DNA from: Burkholderiales bacterium
Lineage (GTDB): Bacteria; Pseudomonadota; Gammaproteobacteria; Burkholderiales; Burkholderiaceae_E
Reading direction: 5' to 3'
DNA length: 64,000 nt
Assembly: GCA_947487165.1 (NCBI GenBank)
Contig: CANKWX010000011.1
Coordinates: 355-64,354, forward strand
The notes under the pieces were generated by a model that saw only the letters and a list, made by a program, of their open reading frames with translations, searched no databases and was not told where the DNA came from. Below, in pieces: positions 12,292-22,625 of this stretch (positions are counted from its first letter, which is position 1; each line of letters starts with the position of its first letter). The translations under genes and the position numbers were made by a program.

Positions 12292-13629
12292 GTGAGCGCG
12301 CACGAGCCCCGGTTTGTCGAGCCCGGCTATCAGTCGGGCTTCGGCAACGAGTTTGCGACCGAGGCCCTGCCGGGTGCTTTGCCGCAGGGACGTAATTCTC
12401 CGCAGCGTTGCCCTTATGGCCTGTATGCCGAGCAGATCTCCGGCACGGCCTTCACCGCGCCGCGCGCCGACAATCGGCGCAGCTGGCTCTATCGCATCCG
12501 GCCGGCGGCGGTGCATGCGCCTTTCAAGCGGATCGCCGACGGCGCGCTGGTCGGTGGCTTCGGTACAGCAGCAGGCCTCGAGACCCCGCCGAATCAGCTG
12601 CGCTGGAGTCCTTTGCCCGTGCCGCAGGCGCCTACCGACTTCATCGACGGACTGTTCACCATGGCCGGCAACGGTGACCCGGCCACGCTCACCGGTTGCG
12701 CCATCCATCTCTATGTCGCCAACCGCTCGATGCGTGACCGCTTCTTTTTTAATGCCGATGCCGAGATGCTCATCGTCCCGCAGCAGGGCGCGCTCACACT
12801 GCGCACCGAGCTCGGCCTGATCGGCCTCGCGCCGCAACAAGTCGCGATCATCCCCCGCGGCATCCGTTTTTGCGTCGATCTGAGCGATGAGGCCGGGCCA
12901 GGTGTTCGCGGCTATGTCTGCGAAAACTTCGGTGCGCCCCTGCGCCTTCCCGATCTCGGGCCCATTGGTTCCAACGGGCTGGCCAATCCGCGTGATTTCC
13001 TCACGCCGGTGGCGGCCTTCGAGGACCGCGAGGGTGCTTTCGAGCTGGTCCAGAAGTTTCAGGGTCGGCTGTGGGCCGCCGCGATTGGTCATTCGCCACT
13101 CGATGTGGTCGCCTGGCATGGCAACCACGCGCCCTGTCGCTACGACCTTCGCCACTTCAATACCATCGGCTCGATTTCCTTCGACCACCCCGATCCGTCG
13201 ATCTTTCTCGTGCTGCAGTCGCTCTCCGATACGCCGGGTGTCGACAACCTCGACTTCGTGATCTTTCCGCCGCGCATCCTGGCCATGCAGGACACCTTCC
13301 GCCCGCCCTGGTTTCACCGCAATATCGCCTCCGAATTCATGGGTCTGATCCATGGCGACTACGACGGCAAGGCGCAGGGCTTCGCGCCGGGCGGTGCGAG
13401 CCTTCACAACGGCATGGCTGGCCACGGGCCCGACGCCACCACCTTCGAGCGCGCGATTGCCGCCGACACCTCAACGCCCCAGGTCATCCGCGACACCATG
13501 GCCTTCATGTTCGAGAGCCGTGCCGTGCTGCATCCCACCGCCCAGGCGCTGGCCCTGCCCACCCTGCAGCCCGATTACTGGCAATGCTGGCAGGGGCTGG
13601 CGCGCCGCTTTACTCCCGATCAACGCTGA
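12292..13629 (+). CDS. hmgA: Homogentisate 1,2-dioxygenase
   Basis: [26 protein letters not shown] and the full-length 445-aa architecture. GTG start 3 nt after the ssb stop. Confidence 0.93.
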   Translation: MSAHEPRFVEPGYQSGFGNEFATEALPGALPQGRNSPQRCPYGLYAEQISGTAFTAPRADNRRSWLYRIRPAAVHAPFKRIADGALVGGFGTAAGLETPPNQLRWSPLPVPQAPTDFIDGLFTMAGNGDPATLTGCAIHLYVANRSMRDRFFFNADAEMLIVPQQGALTLRTELGLIGLAPQQVAIIPRGIRFCVDLSDEAGPGVRGYVCENFGAPLRLPDLGPIGSNGLANPRDFLTPVAAFEDREGAFELVQKFQGRLWAAAIGHSPLDVVAWHGNHAPCRYDLRHFNTIGSISFDHPDPSIFLVLQSLSDTPGVDNLDFVIFPPRILAMQDTFRPPWFHRNIASEFMGLIHGDYDGKAQGFAPGGASLHNGMAGHGPDATTFERAIAADTSTPQVIRDTMAFMFESRAVLHPTAQALALPTLQPDYWQCWQGLARRFTPDQR

Positions 13630-13649
13630 TTTTTCTCGAGACACCTGCC

Positions 13650-14663
13650 ATGAAAGCTGTCGGATACCGTCAATGCCTGCCCGTCACCGATCCCGGGTGC
13701 CTCATCGACCTCGAGTTGCCCAAGCCGGTTGCCGCCGGTCGTGATCTGCTGGTACGCATCCATGCGGTATCGGTCAACCCGGTCGACACCAAGGTGCGGC
13801 GCAATGTCGCGCCCGATGGTGATATGCCGCGCGTGCTCGGTTTTGATGCCGCCGGCGTGGTTGAAGCGGTCGGCCCCGCGGTCACGTTCTTCAAACCCGG
13901 CGACGAGGTTTATTACGCCGGCTCCCGGTCTCGCTCGGGCACCAATGCGCAGTGGCATCTGGTCGATGAGCGCATCGTCGGGCACAAGCCGCGCACCCTC
14001 GATTTTGCGCAGGCCGCGGCAATGCCGCTGACCGCCATCACTGCCTGGGAGGCGCTCTTTGATCGGCTCGGTCTGCGCATCGGGCGCCCCGACGATGCCG
14101 GTACGCTGCTGATCACCGCCGGCGCAGGCGGCGTCGGCTCGATCGCCATCCAGCTTGCACGACGCCTGAGCGGCGCGAAGGTGGTTGCGACCGCTTCGCG
14201 CCCCGAAACCCGGGCGCAGGCCGAGCGGCTCGGCGCCCATCTGGTCATCGACCACTCCCAGCCGCTGTCGCAGGGTCTGCAGCAGGCCGGCATCCGTTGG
14301 GTCGAACGCATTTTCAGCGTCTCGCATACCCATGTGCATTTTCCCGAGATCGCCCGTGCGATTGCGCCGCAGGGCCGGGTCTGCGTGATCGACGACCCCG
14401 ACCTGATTGACGTGCGGCTGCTCAAGGCCCGTTGTGCCTCACTGCACTGGGAAGCGATGTTCACCCGCTCCGGTTTCGAGACCGCCGACATGGGCGAGCA
14501 GGGTCGCCTGCTCAACGAAGTCGCGGCGCTGGTCGACGATGGCATGCTCGTCACCACCCATGCCCAGACGCTGGGTCACATCAATGCGGCCAATCTGCGT
14601 GCGGCTCATGCGATGATCGAGACCGGCAAGACCATCGGCAAGGTGGTGCTGGCCGGGTTTTGA
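13650..14663 (+). CDS. Zinc-type alcohol dehydrogenase / quinone oxidoreductase family protein (MDR)
   Basis: MKAVGY..., LLVRIHAVSVNPVDTKVR and LITAGAGGVGSIAIQLA Rossmann motif. Confidence 0.85.
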   Translation: MKAVGYRQCLPVTDPGCLIDLELPKPVAAGRDLLVRIHAVSVNPVDTKVRRNVAPDGDMPRVLGFDAAGVVEAVGPAVTFFKPGDEVYYAGSRSRSGTNAQWHLVDERIVGHKPRTLDFAQAAAMPLTAITAWEALFDRLGLRIGRPDDAGTLLITAGAGGVGSIAIQLARRLSGAKVVATASRPETRAQAERLGAHLVIDHSQPLSQGLQQAGIRWVERIFSVSHTHVHFPEIARAIAPQGRVCVIDDPDLIDVRLLKARCASLHWEAMFTRSGFETADMGEQGRLLNEVAALVDDGMLVTTHAQTLGHINAANLRAAHAMIETGKTIGKVVLAGF

Positions 14664-14758
14664 ATCCGGCCCGGCATTGCCGGTTCACCGTGCACGACAA
14701 CACAGACGATTCCATGCGCCAGGCCTCAATGCCTGCCTCGATCACAAGGAGACATTCG

Positions 14759-15733
14759 ATGAAATCGATGAAGACCGCGGCGGCTGCCGCATGGCTCGGT
14801 GCCCTGCTCGGGCTCTTTGCCACCACGGCGATGGCCCAGAGCTATCCGGCCAAGCCGATCAAGATGGTCGTGCCTTTCCCGCCCGGCTCTGCCACCGACA
14901 CCATCGCCCGGGTGTTTGCCGGTGCGATCGCGCCTTCGCTTGGCCAGACGGTGCTGGTCGAAAACAAGGCCGGCGCCGATGGTGCCATCTCGGCCACCGA
15001 AGTCATGCGCGCCAACCCCGACGGTTACACCCTGCTGTTTGCCACCAACAGCCCGATGTCGGCCGCGCCGGCGCTCAAAAAGAACCCGCCTTACGATCCG
15101 GTCACCGACTTCACACCGATCTCCGATATCGGTCGCTACACCTTCTTCATCCTGCTGCATCCGAGCGTGCCGGCCAAGACAGTTGCCGAGTTTGTTGCTT
15201 ATGCCAAGGCCAATCCCGGCAAGCTCAACTACGCAACCGGCAACACCACCGGCATTGTCTCCACCGCATTGTTTTCCTCGCTGGCTGGCATCCAGATGGT
15301 CCATGTGCCCTACAAGGGCGAGCCACAGGCCCTCACCGACCTGATCGCCGGCCGGGTCGAGTTCATGGTGGCATCGGCCGGCACCACCGTCGGGCACATC
15401 AAGGACGGTCGGCTGCGCGCGATCGCAGTCACGCTCAACAAACGCAGCCCGATCCTGCCCGAGGTGCCGACCCTCGCCGAGGCAGGCATGCCCAAGTTTT
15501 CCCTCATTTCATGGGCCGGCGTCTTCGGTCCGGCGAAAATGCCCCGTGACATCGTCGATCGCCTGAACCGCGAGTTCAATGCCGCCATGACCAAGCCCGA
15601 AGTACAGGCGGCGATGGGTCAGCAGGCTTTTCAGCTCACCGGATCGACGCCCGAGCAGCTCGGCGTTCTGGTCAAGGAGCAGCTCGAGAGCTTCCGCAGC
15701 ACACTTAAAGTGGCTGGCGTCGAGCCTGACTGA
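14759..15733 (+). CDS. Bug-family (TctC-like) tripartite tricarboxylate transporter substrate-binding protein
   Basis: Signal peptide ending AMAQ, followed by SYPAKPIKMVVPFPPGSATD. AAGGA lies upstream of ATG 14759. No adjacent TctA/TctB genes. Confidence 0.85.
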   Translation: MKSMKTAAAAAWLGALLGLFATTAMAQSYPAKPIKMVVPFPPGSATDTIARVFAGAIAPSLGQTVLVENKAGADGAISATEVMRANPDGYTLLFATNSPMSAAPALKKNPPYDPVTDFTPISDIGRYTFFILLHPSVPAKTVAEFVAYAKANPGKLNYATGNTTGIVSTALFSSLAGIQMVHVPYKGEPQALTDLIAGRVEFMVASAGTTVGHIKDGRLRAIAVTLNKRSPILPEVPTLAEAGMPKFSLISWAGVFGPAKMPRDIVDRLNREFNAAMTKPEVQAAMGQQAFQLTGSTPEQLGVLVKEQLESFRSTLKVAGVEPD

Positions 15734-15938
15734 CCCGGCGGGCCCGCGTGCAACCGCCGGTCCGATAGCAGCCGGCCCGGCATTGAGGTCGTCGGCGCGG
15801 ACGCTGCTTTGCATGCGACAGCACGGCCGAAGGAAAACCATCCTATAATTTCGGGTTTTCCTTTCGCCCCCGCTGCCCTTCGTGTTCAGGTGTTGCGGCG
15901 GCCGGGAATCACCACGCCGGACCAGAACGCGGACCAAT

Positions 15939-16322
15939 ATGCCGATCTATGCCTACCGCTGCGCGAGCTGCGGCCATGACAAGGACGTGATCCAGAAGTT
16001 TTCGGATGCACCTCTCACCCTGTGCCCGGTTTGCGGTGCCGATGCCTTTCGCAAGCAACTGACCGCGCCGTCCTTCCAGCTCAAGGGCAGCGGCTGGTAC
16101 GTCACCGATTTTCGTGATCAGGGCAAATCCAAGGGCGGCAAGCCTGATGGCGGCAAGTCCGAGAGCGAGGGCGCCACGACCACGCCGGCTCCCTCGTCGA
16201 CCGAAGGCGGCAGCAGCGCCTCGGCACCGGCAACGCCCGCTGCATCGATCCCGTCAAGTTCAGGCTCGAGCGACTCGGCCTCTGCGCCGGCCGCTACCCC
16301 GGCCAAGCCGGCCTCGACCTGA
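15939..16322 (+). CDS. FmdB-family zinc-ribbon protein with S/A/P-rich tail
   Basis: MPIYAYRCASCGH...CPVCG... zinc ribbon. ATG 15939 inside ORF 15882-16322. Confidence 0.8.
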   Translation: MPIYAYRCASCGHDKDVIQKFSDAPLTLCPVCGADAFRKQLTAPSFQLKGSGWYVTDFRDQGKSKGGKPDGGKSESEGATTTPAPSSTEGGSSASAPATPAASIPSSSGSSDSASAPAATPAKPAST

Positions 16323-16375
16323 ATGGTCCGCGCATCGCCAGAGCGGCCTCACGAATTCTCACTGCGAGTCATCTG

Positions 16376-17053
16376 ATGTTTCGCCGCTACTTCATCACCG
16401 GCCTCCTGCTCTGGGTGCCGATTGGCATCACCCTGTGGGTGCTGAACACCATTATCTCCACGATGGATCTGAGTCTGTCGCTGCTGCCCGCCAACTGGCA
16501 GCCGGTGGCGGTGGTCGGTCGCAACCTGCCGGGCCTCGGTGTGGTGCTCACGGTGCTGGTGGTGTTCGTCACCGGGGTGCTCGCGACCAACTTTCTCGGC
16601 CAGCGCCTCGTTCACGTTTGGGAAATCGTGCTCTCGCGAATCCCGATCGTGAACACGATCTACTCGAGTGTGAAGCAGGTGAGCGATACCCTGCTGTCAC
16701 CGCAGGGCAATGCCTTTCGCAAGGCTTTGCTGGTTGAATATCCCCGCAAGGGCAGCTGGACCATCGCGTTCATGACCGGTGTGCCGGCAGAAGAGATCCG
16801 GCGACGCGTGTCGCCCTCGATGTCAGGTGATGCCAGCAGCCCCGAGATGGTGTCGGTCTATGTGCCGACCACCCCCAATCCGACATCGGGTTTTTTCCTG
16901 ATGTTTCGCAAGGACGAGACCGTCGAACTCGACATGAGTGTCGACGAAGCCCTCAAGTATGTCGTGTCGATGGGTGTGGTCGTGCCCCCGGTCCGATCGA
17001 ATGCGACCCCGGGCAACGATGTCGCCCCCCTGAATAAAGCGGAGATTCACTGA
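16376..17053 (+). CDS. DUF502 domain-containing membrane protein
   Basis: Two N-terminal TM helices, [14 protein letters not shown] and TPNPTSGF motifs. Conserved position upstream of aspS. Confidence 0.8.
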   Translation: MFRRYFITGLLLWVPIGITLWVLNTIISTMDLSLSLLPANWQPVAVVGRNLPGLGVVLTVLVVFVTGVLATNFLGQRLVHVWEIVLSRIPIVNTIYSSVKQVSDTLLSPQGNAFRKALLVEYPRKGSWTIAFMTGVPAEEIRRRVSPSMSGDASSPEMVSVYVPTTPNPTSGFFLMFRKDETVELDMSVDEALKYVVSMGVVVPPVRSNATPGNDVAPLNKAEIH

Positions 17054-17055
17054 GC

Positions 17056-18849
17056 ATGCGCACTTGCTACACCGGCGAGGTTTCACTCGATCATCTCGAC
17101 CAGGTTGTCACGCTTTTCGGCTGGGTGGCCAGGCGCCGCGACCATGGTGGCGTCATCTTCATCGACCTGCGCGATCGCGCAGGGCTGGCGCAGGTGGTCT
17201 GTGACCCTGACCGTCCGGAGATGTTCGAGGCTGCCGAGCGCATCCGCAACGAGTTCTGCGTGAAGGTGGTCGGCAAGGTCAGGCGTCGCCCCGAGGGCAC
17301 CGACAACAGCGCCCTGCGCAGCGGCCAGATCGAGGTCCTGTGCCACGAACTGGTCATTCTCAACGCATCGGTCACGCCACCCTTCCAGCTCGATGACGAC
17401 AACCTGTCCGAGACCACGCGCCTGACGCATCGGGTGCTTGATCTGCGTCGCAGTCCGATGCAAAACAACCTGATGCTGCGCTACCGCGTGGCAATGGAGG
17501 TTCGTCGCTATCTCGATGCACTGGGTTTCATCGACATCGAAACCCCGATGCTCACCAAGTCGACGCCCGAGGGCGCGCGCGACTATCTCGTGCCTTCACG
17601 GGTCAATGCCGGGCAGTTCTTCGCGCTGCCGCAAAGCCCCCAGCTCTTCAAGCAACTGCTGATGGTCGCCGGCTTCGATCGTTACTACCAGATCACCAAG
17701 TGCTTTCGCGACGAGGACCTGCGCGCCGATCGGCAGCCCGAGTTCACCCAGATCGACTGCGAGACCTCGTTTCTCGATGAGGTCGAGATCCGCGCAATCT
17801 TCGAGGAGATGATCCGCACGATCTTTCGCACCCAGCAGGGTGTCGAACTGTCGGGTCAGTTTCCGACCATCACCTATTCCGAGGCGATGCGCCTCTATGG
17901 CTCCGACAAGCCCGATCTGCGGGTGAAGCTGCAGTTCACCGACCTCACCGAGGTGATGCGCGATGTCGATTTCAAGGTCTTTTCCGCCGCTGCCCAAATG
18001 GACGGCGGGCGGGTGGTGGGCTTGCGGATTCCGGGCGGCGCCGAACTGTCGCGCAGCGAGATCGACGCCTATACCCAGTTCGTCGCCATTTATGGCGCCA
18101 AGGGGCTGGCCTACATCAAGGTTAACGACGCCGCCAAAGGCCGTGACTGGCTGCAATCGCCGATCGTCAAGAACCTGCACGACAGCGCGCTCGATGCGGT
18201 GCTCTCGCGCACCGGCGCGCTCAGCGGCGATCTGATCTTCTTCGGCGCCGACAAGGCCAAGGTGGTCAATGATGCGATCGGTGCCCTGCGTGTTCGCATC
18301 GGGCACTCCGATTTCGGGCGCAGCCACGGGCTCTTCGAAACTGCCTGGAAGCCGCTTTGGGTGGTCGACTTCCCGATGTTCGAATACGACGAGGCGGATG
18401 CCCGCTGGGTCGCGGTCCATCACCCTTTTACCGCGCCCAAGGACGGTCACGAGGACTACATGGCCACGGACCCGGGTCGCTGCATCGCCAAGGCCTACGA
18501 CATGGTGCTCAACGGCTGGGAGATCGGTGGCGGCTCGGTGCGCATCCACCGCGAAGAAGTGCAGAGCAAGGTGTTTCGGGCGCTCAAGATCGGCCCCGAC
18601 GAGGCCCGTGCCAAGTTCGGCTTCCTGCTCGATGCCCTGCAATACGGCGCACCGCCGCACGGCGGCATCGCATTCGGACTCGATCGCATTGTGACCATGA
18701 TGGCAGGCGCCGAATCGATTCGCGACGTGATCGCTTTTCCCAAGACGCAGCGCGCCCAGGACCTGCTCACGCAGGCGCCTTCGCCGGTCGACGAAAAGCA
18801 GCTGCGCGAGTTGCACATCCGCCTGCGAGCTACCGAGATCAAGGCCTGA
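17056..18849 (+). CDS. aspS: Aspartate--tRNA ligase
   Basis: Full-length 597-aa class IIb synthetase with [31 protein letters not shown] and GGIAFGLDR motifs. Confidence 0.97.
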   Translation: MRTCYTGEVSLDHLDQVVTLFGWVARRRDHGGVIFIDLRDRAGLAQVVCDPDRPEMFEAAERIRNEFCVKVVGKVRRRPEGTDNSALRSGQIEVLCHELVILNASVTPPFQLDDDNLSETTRLTHRVLDLRRSPMQNNLMLRYRVAMEVRRYLDALGFIDIETPMLTKSTPEGARDYLVPSRVNAGQFFALPQSPQLFKQLLMVAGFDRYYQITKCFRDEDLRADRQPEFTQIDCETSFLDEVEIRAIFEEMIRTIFRTQQGVELSGQFPTITYSEAMRLYGSDKPDLRVKLQFTDLTEVMRDVDFKVFSAAAQMDGGRVVGLRIPGGAELSRSEIDAYTQFVAIYGAKGLAYIKVNDAAKGRDWLQSPIVKNLHDSALDAVLSRTGALSGDLIFFGADKAKVVNDAIGALRVRIGHSDFGRSHGLFETAWKPLWVVDFPMFEYDEADARWVAVHHPFTAPKDGHEDYMATDPGRCIAKAYDMVLNGWEIGGGSVRIHREEVQSKVFRALKIGPDEARAKFGFLLDALQYGAPPHGGIAFGLDRIVTMMAGAESIRDVIAFPKTQRAQDLLTQAPSPVDEKQLRELHIRLRATEIKA

Positions 18850-18914
18850 GGCGAATGTCGGACTGACCGACGCGCAAGCGACGACTCAGGCCGGCACGCA
18901 AGGGGGGGCAGGCG

Positions 18915-19364
18915 ATGGGCAACAAGATTCCCGAATCGGTGCTCGTGGTGATCTACACCGCCGACCTGCAGGTGCTGCTGCTCGAGCGTGCCGATCATCC
19001 CGGCTTCTGGCAGTCGGTGACCGGCAGCAAGGATGCGATCGATGAGCCGCTGCTGGTGACCTGCGCCCGCGAAGTGCAGGAAGAAACCGGGCTGGATGTG
19101 GCCCGCCATCAGCTGCAGGACTGGCAGGCCTCGCACCAGTACGAGATTTATCCGCAGTGGCGCCACCGTTATCCCGAGGGCGTGACCCGCAATACCGAAC
19201 ATGTCTTCGGATTGCGGCTCGCTGCGCCCGAGCCGATCCGGCTGGCCGCCCGCGAACATCTGCAATACCGCTGGCTGCCCTGGCAGGAGGCGGCCGGCAT
19301 GTGTTTTTCGATGAGCAATGTCGAGGCGATCCGGCAACTGCCCGCCCGCTCGAGGCCGGCATGA
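18915..19364 (+). CDS. nudB: Dihydroneopterin triphosphate diphosphatase (Nudix)
   Basis: Nudix box GS..AIDEPLLVTCAREVQEETGL and FWQSVTGS. Position after aspS is conserved. Confidence 0.8.
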   Translation: MGNKIPESVLVVIYTADLQVLLLERADHPGFWQSVTGSKDAIDEPLLVTCAREVQEETGLDVARHQLQDWQASHQYEIYPQWRHRYPEGVTRNTEHVFGLRLAAPEPIRLAAREHLQYRWLPWQEAAGMCFSMSNVEAIRQLPARSRPA

Positions 19365-20149
19365 CCCCGACCACCCCGGGCGACACACCACCTTCCGGCG
19401 CCCTGCGGGTCGCGACCTACAACATCCACAAGGGCGTGATCCGCGAACTCTTCGGCCTGCGTCGGATCACGAGCGTTCATGCGCTGCGCTCGCGCCTGCA
19501 TGAGCTCGATGCCGATCTGATCTTCCTGCAGGAGGTGCAGGGCCGCAACGAGCAGCATGCCAATCGTTTCGAGCATTGGCCGGGCGAGCCGCAGGATGAA
19601 TTTCTCGCCCGCTCGCCGACGCTCAAGCACACTTTCGAATCAGCCTATGGGCGCAATGCCAGCTATCTGCATGGCCATCACGGCAATGCGCTGCTGTCGC
19701 GATTTCCGATCGTGCGTAAGGAAAATCGCGATTTTTCCGATCACGCCCTTGAAAAGCGGGGCGTTCTTCATTGCGTGGTCCGGGTCGACAAGCGCAACGT
19801 GCACTGTTTCGTGATCCATTTCGGTTTGCTCGCGCGCAGTCGTGAGCGCCAGACCGATGCCCTCATTGACTGGATCGCCCGCGAGGTGCCGCAGCGCTCG
19901 CCGCTGCTGATTGCCGGTGACTTCAACGACTGGCGCGACCACCTGAGTCGCCGCCTGATCGATTCGCTGCAGGTCTCCGAGGTCATGGGATCGGCGCGCA
20001 CCTTCCCGGCGCTGGTGCCCTGGCTGCGCATGGACCGTATTTATCAGCGCGGATTCACGCTGCAGGGCGCCCGTGTCCTGCGAGGGCCGTCCTGGGCGCG
20101 CCTGTCCGACCACGCGCCGCTGGTCGCCGATTTCACGCTGCGCCGATAA
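19361..20149 (+). CDS. Endonuclease/exonuclease/phosphatase (EEP) family protein
   Basis: LRVATYNIHKG, IFLQEV, GDFND and SDHAPL motifs. ATG overlaps the nudB stop (ATGA). Pairing with clsB mirrors E. coli ybhP-clsB. Confidence 0.8.
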   Translation: MTPTTPGDTPPSGALRVATYNIHKGVIRELFGLRRITSVHALRSRLHELDADLIFLQEVQGRNEQHANRFEHWPGEPQDEFLARSPTLKHTFESAYGRNASYLHGHHGNALLSRFPIVRKENRDFSDHALEKRGVLHCVVRVDKRNVHCFVIHFGLLARSRERQTDALIDWIAREVPQRSPLLIAGDFNDWRDHLSRRLIDSLQVSEVMGSARTFPALVPWLRMDRIYQRGFTLQGARVLRGPSWARLSDHAPLVADFTLRR

Positions 20150-20167
20150 ATCCGAAGGCTCGCGTCG

Positions 20168-21466
20168 ATGGCCAGGCCCATGCCGAATCGTGGATCGCTG
20201 CTGCAGGGCTTGCGGCCGGTGATCTGCGATGGCAATCAGGTTGAATTGCTGCAGTCGGGCGGCGAGTATTTCGATGCCCTCCTCTTGGCGATCGAGGCCG
20301 CGCGCACATCGATCGGCTTGGAGACTTACATTTTTGCCGACGACCCGGTCGCGCTGCGGGTGGCGGTCGCGCTGGCTGCCGCCGCGCAGCGAGGGGTGTC
20401 GGTCAGGCTGGTGGTCGATGGCATCGGCACGCCCGCCCTGGGGGTGGGGCTTGCCGATCGCTTTGCCCAGGCAGGCGTCGAGGTGGCGACCTATGGGCCG
20501 GTGCGCAGCCGACTGAGTCTCGATCGCGAGCATCTGCGCCGGCTGCATCGCAAGCTGGTGTGCATCGATGATGAGGTGGCCTTCGTGGGCGGCATCAATC
20601 TGTTGGGCGATCAATTCGATCCCAACCATGGCGAGCTCGAGTATCCCCGGCTCGACTATGCGGTTCGCCTCACCGGGCCGCTCGTCCCGGAGGTCAGTCG
20701 GGCGCTTGCCCGACTGTGGCGACAGGTGACCGGGCAGGCGGCGTCGTCGGCTCAGGTGGCGTCGCCCGAACTGCAGCAGCAGTCATTGTCCGAGCAGCCA
20801 CAGCCGCATCCGCATCCATTTGAGCCGTCACCGCCCCACGCGCTACCGCCCCACCTCACGCCCGCGATATCGCGCCCCGCCGGTCGGGGCCTGCGCGCCG
20901 GGCTGCTGCTGCGTGACAATCTGGTCCATCGCCGTTCGATCGAGCGCGCCTATCTGAAGGCGATCGGCAGTGCAAAGCGCGAGGTCCTGATCGCCAATGC
21001 CTATTTTTTCCCTGGCCGCCGGTTCAGACGGGCGCTCATCGAGGCGAGGCGACGCGGCGTGCCGGTGCGGCTGCTGCTGCAAGGTCGCATTGAATACACC
21101 TTGCCGCATCTGGCCACGCAGGCGATGTATCCGCCGCTGCTGGCAGCCGGTATCGAGATCGTCGAATATCACCGCAGCTTTCTGCATGCCAAGGTCGCGG
21201 TGGTCGACGACTGGGCAACGGTCGGCTCGTCCAACATCGATCCCTTCTCGCTGCTGCTTGCACGCGAGGCGAATGTCGTGGTCTTCGATGCCGGCTTTGC
21301 CGCCGAGTTGCGGGGCCGACTCCTCGCCGCCATGGCTGACGGCGGCAAACCGGTCGAGCGCGAGCAGCTCGAGCGCCGATCGATCTGGCAGCGCTTCAAG
21401 GGCTGGGTCGCCTATCGGGTGCTGCGCTTCGGTGTCATCGTCTCGGGCCATGGCAGCAGCTACTGA
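20168..21466 (+). CDS. clsB: Cardiolipin synthase B (PLD superfamily, two HKD motifs)
   Basis: HRKLVCIDD... and HAKVAVVDDWATVGSSNID HKD motifs, separated by a P/Q/H-rich linker. Confidence 0.85.
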   Translation: MARPMPNRGSLLQGLRPVICDGNQVELLQSGGEYFDALLLAIEAARTSIGLETYIFADDPVALRVAVALAAAAQRGVSVRLVVDGIGTPALGVGLADRFAQAGVEVATYGPVRSRLSLDREHLRRLHRKLVCIDDEVAFVGGINLLGDQFDPNHGELEYPRLDYAVRLTGPLVPEVSRALARLWRQVTGQAASSAQVASPELQQQSLSEQPQPHPHPFEPSPPHALPPHLTPAISRPAGRGLRAGLLLRDNLVHRRSIERAYLKAIGSAKREVLIANAYFFPGRRFRRALIEARRRGVPVRLLLQGRIEYTLPHLATQAMYPPLLAAGIEIVEYHRSFLHAKVAVVDDWATVGSSNIDPFSLLLAREANVVVFDAGFAAELRGRLLAAMADGGKPVEREQLERRSIWQRFKGWVAYRVLRFGVIVSGHGSSY

Positions 21467-21548
21467 ATGGGTGCCTCAGTAATCAAGACAGTGATCAGCG
21501 CGATGATCCGCTGCGAGGACGCTCGATTGAGCGCGTGTCGATGAGCTT

Positions 21549-22625
21549 GTGTCTGTGAGCCCCTCAGCGCGACCGCCGCTGCTGACCCTGCAGGTGCAGG
21601 GTCTCTATTGCGAGGCCGGCGATTTTTTCGTCGACCCGTGGCGGCCGGTCGATCGGGCGGTGATCACCCATGCCCATGCCGATCATGCGCGCAGCGGGCA
21701 TCGCCACTATCTGGCAGCTGCGCCCGGTGCCGGCGTGCTGCGCGCACGGCTGGGCGAGATCAGTCTGCAGGCCCAGCCCTATCGCGAGCCGGTCGACATC
21801 AACGGCGTGCGCGTGTCATTGCATCCGGCAGGCCATGTGCTGGGGTCGGCGCAGGTGCGCATCGAGCATCGTGGTGAGGTCTGGGTGGTCAGCGGCGATT
21901 ACAAGCTGCAGCGTGATCCCACCTGCGAGGCCTTCGAGCCGGTGCCTTGCAACACTTTCGTGAGCGAGTCCACCTTCGGTCTGCCGATCTACCGCTGGGC
22001 GCCGCCTTCGCAGGTCTTTGCCGAGATCGACGCCTGGTGGGCGGCCAATGCCGCCGCAGGTCGAGCGAGCGTGCTGTACTGCTATTCGTTCGGAAAGGCG
22101 CAGCGCATTCTGGCCGGGGTCGATGCCTCGATCGGCCCGATCGTCTGCCATGGCGCAATCGAGTCGCTCAACCGTGTTTATCGCGTGGCGGGCGTCAGGC
22201 TGCCCGACACCGCCCTGCTGAGTGATGTGACACGCGCGGCGACCGATCGTCAAACCCCCGACCCCCAGCCGCTCTCGCGGGCTCTGGTGCTGGCGCCGCC
22301 ATCGGCCGCCGGCACGAGCTGGTTGCGCCGTTTCCCCGATCCGAGCGATGCCTTTGCCTCGGGCTGGATGGCGCTGCGCGGCGCACGACGACGGCGCGCC
22401 TGCGACCGTGGCTTCGTGCTGTCCGATCACGCCGACTGGCCCGGGCTGCAGCAGGCCATCGGTGAAAGCCGCGCGCAGCGGGTCTTCGTGACCCATGGGC
22501 AGGTGGCGGTCATGGTCCGATGGCTTGGCGAGCAGGGCATCGAGGCCGGCGCCCTGCCGACGCAATTCGAGGGCGATGAAGGCGAGGGCGATGCTCGGGC
22601 GGACCCCACCGCGCCGCGCTCATGA
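21549..22625 (+). CDS. Ligase-associated DNA damage response exonuclease (metallo-beta-lactamase fold)
   Basis: ITHAHADHARSGH metal motif, 358 aa, 4-nt overlap with the downstream ligase. GTG start. Confidence 0.8.
   Translation: MSVSPSARPPLLTLQVQGLYCEAGDFFVDPWRPVDRAVITHAHADHARSGHRHYLAAAPGAGVLRARLGEISLQAQPYREPVDINGVRVSLHPAGHVLGSAQVRIEHRGEVWVVSGDYKLQRDPTCEAFEPVPCNTFVSESTFGLPIYRWAPPSQVFAEIDAWWAANAAAGRASVLYCYSFGKAQRILAGVDASIGPIVCHGAIESLNRVYRVAGVRLPDTALLSDVTRAATDRQTPDPQPLSRALVLAPPSAAGTSWLRRFPDPSDAFASGWMALRGARRRRACDRGFVLSDHADWPGLQQAIGESRAQRVFVTHGQVAVMVRWLGEQGIEAGALPTQFEGDEGEGDARADPTAPRS

Noticed and set aside
12157-13425. A 422-aa minus-strand ORF, plus similar long ORFs at 9040-10320(+), 17596-18816(-), 19640-20629(-), 35002-36105(-), 37802-39259(-), 39888-40985(-), 41264-42211(+), 56250-57605(-) and 57419-58894(-).
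   Set aside because: Each is antisense to, or out of frame with, a gene that has clear family motifs. Their translations are Arg/Ala/Gly/Pro-rich with no recognisable domains. This is the expected shadow-ORF artefact of GC-rich DNA.
21467-21548. SOS (LexA) box in front of the DDR exonuclease-ligase unit.
   Set aside because: There is no CTGT-N8-ACAG-like sequence. Only a short GATCA/TGATC inverted repeat is present, with arms too short to be meaningful.
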